Part shown: piece by piece, positions 55,129-64,000 of the stretch
Numbering within the stretch: position 1 is the stretch's first letter
Layout: each line of letters begins with the position of its first letter
NCBI RefSeq assembly: GCF_041886205.1
Contig: NZ_CP169029.1
Reading direction: 5' to 3' (one strand)
Length of the DNA stretch: 64,000 nucleotides
DNA from: Escherichia coli
GTDB taxonomy: Bacteria > Pseudomonadota > Gammaproteobacteria > Enterobacterales > Enterobacteriaceae
The notes under the pieces: model-generated
What the model saw: the letters and a program-made list of their open reading frames with translations, nothing else
Database searches by the model: none
Told to the model about the DNA's origin: nothing
Translations under genes and position numbers: made by a program

Positions 55129-56634
55129 TTACGACGCCAGCGACAACTTCTGCTGCGTATACTCCACCAGCCATTGGCTAATGCGTGACTGCTGTTGCGC
55201 ATTCAGCCACATGCCTTGTTTTGTGCGACGCCACAGGGCATCGTCGGCGCGGCGGACCCATTCGTGATCCACCAGGTATTTCAGTTCCGCTTCGTAGAAC
55301 TCATGACCGAAATCCTCCCCGAGGTCGCTTACCGTCCCCGCATTGCCGAGCAGCAGCTCGCTGTTGCTGCCGTAAGTGCGTGCGTAATGACGCGCCAGCG
55401 ATTCGGTCAGGAACGGGTAACGGCGGCGCAGGCGGGCGGCGTAGTCATCGCGGTCGCCCTCGATGGCACCACCCGGCAGCACGCTCTCTTTCGTCCACGC
55501 CGGGCCAATGCCCTGATAATACGGCGTCAGTTTTTCCAGCGCATGTTCCGCCAGTTTGCGGTAGGTGGTCAGCTTACCGCCGAATACCGACAGCAGCGGT
55601 GCTTTGCCGTTTTCATCATGGATATCAAGGGTGTAATCACGGGTAATGGCTTGCGGCGAGTCGGACTCATCATCACACAGCGGACGCACACCGGAGTAGG
55701 TCCAGACGATATCGTCACGGCTTAGCTGCTTTTTAAAGTGCGCGTTATACACTTTCAGCAGGTAGTTGATTTCACTCTCTTCAATCTTCACCGCTTTTGG
55801 ATCGCCTTTGTATTCCACATCGGTGGTGCCGATGATGGAAAACTCGTCCATCCACGGGATCACGAACACAATACGTTTATCTTCGTTTTGCAGAATGTAG
55901 GCTTGCTTCTGGGTATGCACGCGTGGCACCACAATATGGCTGCCTTTGATCAGGCGAATGCCATAAGGCGAAGGCAGGTGCATCCCGTCGTCGAAGAACT
56001 GCTTCACCCACGGGCCGGTAGCATTAACCAGGCCGCGCGCCTGCCATGTATATTTTTTGCCGGTATCGATATCTTCCGCTTCCACAATCCACAGGCCGTT
56101 TTCGCGGCGAGCAGAGGTGGCGCGAGTCCGAGTAAGCACTTCGCCGCCTTTACGCACCACCATCTGGGCGTTGGCGAGTACCAGACGGGCGTCGTCTACC
56201 CAACAGTCAGAATATTCGAATCCGCGCTTAATTTCCGGTTTTAACACTGAGTTTGCGCCAAAACGCAAACCGGTTGATCCCGGCAGGCTGGTGCGTTTAC
56301 CCAGATGATCGTACATAAACAGACCAATGCGAATCATCCACGCCGGGCGCAGATGCGGACGATGCGGCAGGCGAAAACGCATCGGGAAGGCGATATGAGG
56401 GGCCATTTTCAGTAGCACTTCACGTTCAGCCAGCGCCTCGCTGACCAGGCGGAATTCATAGTGCTCAAGGTAGCGCAGGCCACCGTGAATGAGTTTTGAA
56501 CTGGCGGAGGAGGTCGCGCAAGCGAGATCCTGCGCCTCCAGCATCAGCACGGATAAACCGCGTCCAGCGGCGTCTGCCGCGATACCAGCACCATTGATGC
56601 CGCCCCCTATCACAATCAGATCTTTGGTTTCCAT
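55129..56634 (-). CDS. glpD: Aerobic glycerol-3-phosphate dehydrogenase GlpD
   Basis: ORF 55129..56649; start METKDLIVIGGGINGAGIA (56634) gives the remembered 501 aa protein. Confidence 0.95.
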   Translation of the reverse strand: METKDLIVIGGGINGAGIAADAAGRGLSVLMLEAQDLACATSSASSKLIHGGLRYLEHYEFRLVSEALAEREVLLKMAPHIAFPMRFRLPHRPHLRPAWMIRIGLFMYDHLGKRTSLPGSTGLRFGANSVLKPEIKRGFEYSDCWVDDARLVLANAQMVVRKGGEVLTRTRATSARRENGLWIVEAEDIDTGKKYTWQARGLVNATGPWVKQFFDDGMHLPSPYGIRLIKGSHIVVPRVHTQKQAYILQNEDKRIVFVIPWMDEFSIIGTTDVEYKGDPKAVKIEESEINYLLKVYNAHFKKQLSRDDIVWTYSGVRPLCDDESDSPQAITRDYTLDIHDENGKAPLLSVFGGKLTTYRKLAEHALEKLTPYYQGIGPAWTKESVLPGGAIEGDRDDYAARLRRRYPFLTESLARHYARTYGSNSELLLGNAGTVSDLGEDFGHEFYEAELKYLVDHEWVRRADDALWRRTKQGMWLNAQQQSRISQWLVEYTQQKLSLAS

Positions 56635-56664
56635 GCTGCCCTCATTCACTTTCGTTAAAGCTCA

Positions 56665-56690
56665 TAAATGTTCGTTATCGAACATATTAG
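56665..56690. promoter_or_regulatory. GlpR operator in the divergent glpD/glpEGR control region
   Basis: Palindrome aaatgttcgttatcgaacatatt matches the GlpR operator consensus. Confidence 0.7.
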
Positions 56691-56745
56691 CAAAGAATCG
56701 CGCTTTAGGTAACATTGAAAAAACATTTTAGAGTGATATGTATAA

Positions 56746-57150
<405 letters not shown>

Positions 57151-57182
57151 CGCTTTATACTGTCCCCTTTTGTGTGGAATAA

Positions 57183-58025
<843 letters not shown>

Positions 58026-58041
58026 TTCCAGGGATTTATAA

Positions 58042-58800
58042 ATGAAACAAACACAACGTCACAACGGTATTATCGAACTGGTTAAACAGCAGGGTTATGT
58101 CAGTACCGAGGAACTGGTGGAGCACTTCTCCGTCAGCCCGCAGACTATTCGCCGCGACCTCAACGAACTGGCAGAGCAAAACCTGATCCTGCGCCATCAT
58201 GGCGGTGCGGCGCTGCCTTCCAGTTCGGTTAACACGCCGTGGCACGATCGTAAAGCCACCCAGACCGAAGAAAAAGAGCGCATCGCCCGCAAAGTGGCGG
58301 AGCAAATCCCCAATGGCTCGACGCTGTTTATCGATATCGGCACCACGCCGGAAGCGGTGGCGCACGCGCTGCTCAATCACAGCAATTTGCGCATTGTGAC
58401 TAACAATCTCAACGTTGCTAACACGTTGATGGTAAAAGAAGATTTTCGCATCATTCTCGCCGGTGGCGAATTACGCAGCCGTGATGGTGGGATCATTGGC
58501 GAAGCAACGCTCGATTTTATCTCCCAGTTCCGCCTCGATTTCGGCATTCTGGGGATCAGCGGCATCGACAGCGACGGCTCGCTGCTGGAGTTCGATTACC
58601 ACGAAGTTCGTACCAAGCGCGCCATTATTGAGAACTCGCGCCACGTTATGCTGGTGGTTGACCATTCAAAATTTGGCCGTAATGCGATGGTCAATATGGG
58701 GAGCATCAGCATGGTTGATGCCGTCTACACCGACGCCCCGCCGCCAGTAAGCGTGATGCAGGTGCTGACGGACCACCATATTCAACTGGAGCTGTGCTGA
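58042..58800 (+). CDS. glpR: Glycerol-3-phosphate regulon repressor GlpR (DeoR family)
   Basis: 252 aa ORF with N-terminal HTH; matches remembered GlpR. Confidence 0.95.
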   Translation: MKQTQRHNGIIELVKQQGYVSTEELVEHFSVSPQTIRRDLNELAEQNLILRHHGGAALPSSSVNTPWHDRKATQTEEKERIARKVAEQIPNGSTLFIDIGTTPEAVAHALLNHSNLRIVTNNLNVANTLMVKEDFRIILAGGELRSRDGGIIGEATLDFISQFRLDFGILGISGIDSDGSLLEFDYHEVRTKRAIIENSRHVMLVVDHSKFGRNAMVNMGSISMVDAVYTDAPPPVSVMQVLTDHHIQLELC

Positions 58801-60380
58801 TCCTGCACGGCTTCCCACGTCAGACCAAAACGCGCCAGGTATTTGCGTAGCCGATCCGCGTCATTGACGCTGGCTTTGCCCTGGCGCGAAACATCAAAAA
58901 GCTGTCGTCCGGCAGCAGAAAGCGACTTTGCCTGGCGGCAGATAGCGATAACGTGTTCCAGTTGCAGCCGATCAAAGAGGTCGATATTTTCCGCTTCAGC
59001 GCCCAACAGCTGTGCAAGCACGGAAGGGCGACTTTCCTGCCAGTTATAGCGCAGACGGTTTATCTCATCTTCCACCACGTCCAGAGTGATGCGTCCGCTA
59101 GTGGCAAAGGTGGCCATCCGCGTGACGCTGGCAGAAAGTTCGCGAAAGTTACCGCGCCATGTTGCCTGGGGAGAGGTCGCGAAGGCCAGCCAGGCACGCC
59201 GCGCTTCGGTGTTAAAACGTACGCTGTCGCCAGTGAGTGAGGCGTGGCGCTCCACTTCATAATCCAGGTTGGGTTCAATATCTTCCTGGCGCTGGCTTAG
59301 ACCCGGCAGGGTGAAGGTCCAGAGATTGATCCGCGCGTACAAGTCTTCGCGAAATTTGCCTTCGGCAACCAGCTGGCGCAAATCGCGCACCGTTCCGGCG
59401 ATAAGCTGAAAATCACTGCTCACCTGGCGATCGCTGCCAAACGGATAAAAGGTTTTTTCTTCAATGGCTTTAAGCAGCATTGCCTGTTCGTCTGTGCCCA
59501 GTTCGCCAATCTCATCAAGAAACAACATTCCGCCGTTGGCGCTGCGTAATAATCCTTCACGAGATTCCCGCGCCCCGGTAAACGCGCCTTTCACATGACC
59601 AAACAGCGTCGACATGGCGGTATCGCCGCGCAGGGTTGCGCAGTTCACTTCCACAAACGCGCCGCTAAACTGATGCCGCGCCTGTTTTAATTCAAATATA
59701 CGTCGCGCCAGAAATGACTTACCTGCACCGGTCGGGCCATTAAGCAGAATTGGCGCGCGGGATTTGATCGCTACTTTTTCAATCTGCTCAATCATGCGGT
59801 TGAAGTGGGGGTTACGCGTGGCAATGCCGGACTTAAGAAAATCAAGCGTTTGCTGGCGTTCCTCGGCAAAGCGGCTGGCGATGGCGTTATAACGGCTTAA
59901 ATCGAGATCGATAATCGTCACTTCACCTGCGCCGCGCGGCTGTTCTTTTTTGCGCGGAGGGGAAGATTGTATCAGCCGGGCGGGCAGGTAACGCGCTTCC
60001 GCCAGCAGAAACCAGCAAATCTGTGCGACGTGGGTGCCAGTGGTGATGTGAATTAAATAATCTTCTTTATCAGGTTGAAACGCGTAGCCACGGGCGAAAT
60101 CATGCAGGCAGGCGTAAACCTCTTCGAAATCCCACGGGTTATGCAGTTCAGTCTCAACGCCTACCACTTCTGTTTCTGGCGAAACGCTGACGATATCGCG
60201 TTTAAGCGTTTCAAACAGCGAGCGCGAGCGGGCGTCATGCAATAATTCCAGTCGATCGATGACCAACGATTCTTGCTGGCATAAACAGAGTGTTGGACGC
60301 CATTTCGACCAGCGCTGACTGCCGCGCCCGGCATAATCCAGTACGGTGCCGACAAAGCCAAAAGCCACTGTTTTACGCAT
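58782..60380 (-). CDS. rtcR: Sigma-54-dependent transcriptional activator RtcR
   Basis: 532 aa ORF with AAA+ sigma-54 activator motifs ([14 protein letters not shown]); 3' end overlaps glpR convergently. Confidence 0.93.
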   Translation of the reverse strand: MRKTVAFGFVGTVLDYAGRGSQRWSKWRPTLCLCQQESLVIDRLELLHDARSRSLFETLKRDIVSVSPETEVVGVETELHNPWDFEEVYACLHDFARGYAFQPDKEDYLIHITTGTHVAQICWFLLAEARYLPARLIQSSPPRKKEQPRGAGEVTIIDLDLSRYNAIASRFAEERQQTLDFLKSGIATRNPHFNRMIEQIEKVAIKSRAPILLNGPTGAGKSFLARRIFELKQARHQFSGAFVEVNCATLRGDTAMSTLFGHVKGAFTGARESREGLLRSANGGMLFLDEIGELGTDEQAMLLKAIEEKTFYPFGSDRQVSSDFQLIAGTVRDLRQLVAEGKFREDLYARINLWTFTLPGLSQRQEDIEPNLDYEVERHASLTGDSVRFNTEARRAWLAFATSPQATWRGNFRELSASVTRMATFATSGRITLDVVEDEINRLRYNWQESRPSVLAQLLGAEAENIDLFDRLQLEHVIAICRQAKSLSAAGRQLFDVSRQGKASVNDADRLRKYLARFGLTWEAVQDQHSSS

Positions 60381-60514
60381 CTTAGATATCCTTATAAAAG
60401 ACGATTTTTCATTATCGGTAAATTGGCTTTGCGGGAAATCTCCGTTTACGGACTGGAAGATTTTATCTATTTAAAAACAATGAATTAAAAAATTAAGCAG
60501 CTTATTTAATTTTC

Positions 60515-60530
60515 TGGCACGACGGTTGCA
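60515..60530 (+). promoter_or_regulatory. Sigma-54 (-24/-12) promoter of rtcBA
   Basis: TGGCAC-N5-TTGCA at 60515..60530, about 37 bp upstream of the rtcB ATG. Confidence 0.8.
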
Positions 60531-60566
60531 ATTATCAGGACATACCAACGAAAAGAGAAAAACAAA

Positions 60567-61793
60567 ATGAATTACGAATTACTGACTACAGAAAATGCCC
60601 CGGTAAAAATGTGGACCAAAGGCGTGCCGGTAGAAGCCGATGCGCGTCAGCAACTTATTAATACGGCGAAGATGCCGTTTATTTTCAAACATATTGCGGT
60701 AATGCCTGATGTACACCTGGGTAAAGGTTCCACCATTGGTAGCGTGATCCCGACCAAAGGGGCGATTATTCCGGCGGCGGTGGGCGTGGATATTGGCTGT
60801 GGAATGAACGCGCTGCGTACCGCGTTAACGGCGGCAGACCTGCCTGAAAATCTGGCGGAGCTGCGTCAGGCGATTGAAACTGCCGTGCCGCACGGGCGTT
60901 CAAATAATCGTAGCCATCGTGATAAAGGCGCATGGGAAAATCCGCCTGTTAATGTCGATGCGAAATGGGCTGAGCTGGAAGCTGGTTATCAGTGGTTAAC
61001 GCAAAAATATCCCCGTTTCCTTAACACTAACAACTATAAACACCTGGGAACGCTGGGAACGGGTAACCACTTTATTGAAATCTGCCTTGATGAGTCGGAC
61101 CAGGTGTGGATTATGCTGCACTCCGGTTCACGCGGAATTGGTAATGCCATCGGGACTTACTTTATCGATCTGGCGCAAAAAGAGATGCAGGAAACGCTTG
61201 AAACATTGCCGTCGCGTGATCTGGCGTACTTTATGGAAGGTACGGAATACTTTGATGATTACCTGAAAGCCGTGGCCTGGGCGCAGCTTTTTGCCAGCCT
61301 TAACCGCGATGCGATGATGGAAAACGTGGTAACGGCGTTGCAGAGCATTACGCAGAAAACGGTAAGACAGCCACAAACGCTGGCGATGGAAGAGATCAAT
61401 TGTCACCACAACTATGTGCAAAAAGAACAGCACTTTGGCGAAGAGATCTATGTGACGCGTAAAGGCGCGGTGTCTGCGCGTGCTGGTCAATATGGAATTA
61501 TTCCAGGGTCGATGGGAGCGAAAAGCTTTATCGTCCGTGGGCTGGGAAATGAAGAGTCGTTCTGTTCGTGCAGCCACGGTGCCGGGCGGGTAATGAGCCG
61601 TACTAAAGCGAAAAAAATGTTCAGCGTGGAAGATCAAATTCGTGCCACCGCGCATGTGGAATGCCGTAAAGATGCCGAAGTGATCGACGAAATCCCGATG
61701 GCGTATAAAGATATTGATGCGGTGATGGCGGCACAAAGCGATCTGGTGGAAGTTATCTACACCCTGCGTCAGGTGGTGTGTGTAAAAGGATAA
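60567..61793 (+). CDS. rtcB: RNA-splicing ligase RtcB
   Basis: 408 aa ORF matching remembered RtcB. Confidence 0.95.
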   Translation: MNYELLTTENAPVKMWTKGVPVEADARQQLINTAKMPFIFKHIAVMPDVHLGKGSTIGSVIPTKGAIIPAAVGVDIGCGMNALRTALTAADLPENLAELRQAIETAVPHGRSNNRSHRDKGAWENPPVNVDAKWAELEAGYQWLTQKYPRFLNTNNYKHLGTLGTGNHFIEICLDESDQVWIMLHSGSRGIGNAIGTYFIDLAQKEMQETLETLPSRDLAYFMEGTEYFDDYLKAVAWAQLFASLNRDAMMENVVTALQSITQKTVRQPQTLAMEEINCHHNYVQKEQHFGEEIYVTRKGAVSARAGQYGIIPGSMGAKSFIVRGLGNEESFCSCSHGAGRVMSRTKAKKMFSVEDQIRATAHVECRKDAEVIDEIPMAYKDIDAVMAAQSDLVEVIYTLRQVVCVKG

Positions 61794-62813
<1,020 letters not shown>

Positions 62814-62855
62814 TGCAGAGATGTAAGCCGGATCTGGCGCGTTATCCGGCTAAAC

Positions 62856-64000
<1,145 letters not shown>

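Overview
This window reads as an Escherichia coli chromosomal segment running from nikA (partial) to malT (partial), in reverse orientation to the K-12 MG1655 map. All identifications are from reading the sequence and ORF translations against remembered E. coli proteins; no search was run. Backbone, in order: nikA', acpT, yhhT, yhhS, dcrB, yhhQ, tusA, zntA, yhhN, yhhM, yhhL, rsmD, ftsYEX, rpoH, livJ, panM, livKHMGF, ugpBAECQ, yhhA, ggt, yhhY, ryhB sRNA, yhhX, yhhW, gntRKU, yhgN, asd, glgBXCAP, glpD, glpEGR, rtcR, rtcBA, malT'. Three segments are not explained by the K-12 backbone as I remember it. (1) The strongest candidate for an undescribed system is a translationally coupled two-gene cassette between gntU and yhgN (36947..40245): a RecQ-family helicase with a C-terminal phosphoribosyltransferase-like domain, followed by a DprA/Smf-like protein. 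(2) A three-gene AT-rich module sits between glgP and glpD (51937..54935), where K-12 has only the yzgL pseudogene. (3) A membrane-anchored TPR-like protein gene lies between livF and the ugp promoter (22600..23364). The K-12-specific yhhZ-yrhA-IS1-yrhB segment between ggt and yhhY is absent. No CRISPR array, tRNA, rRNA, integrase or transposase was seen.
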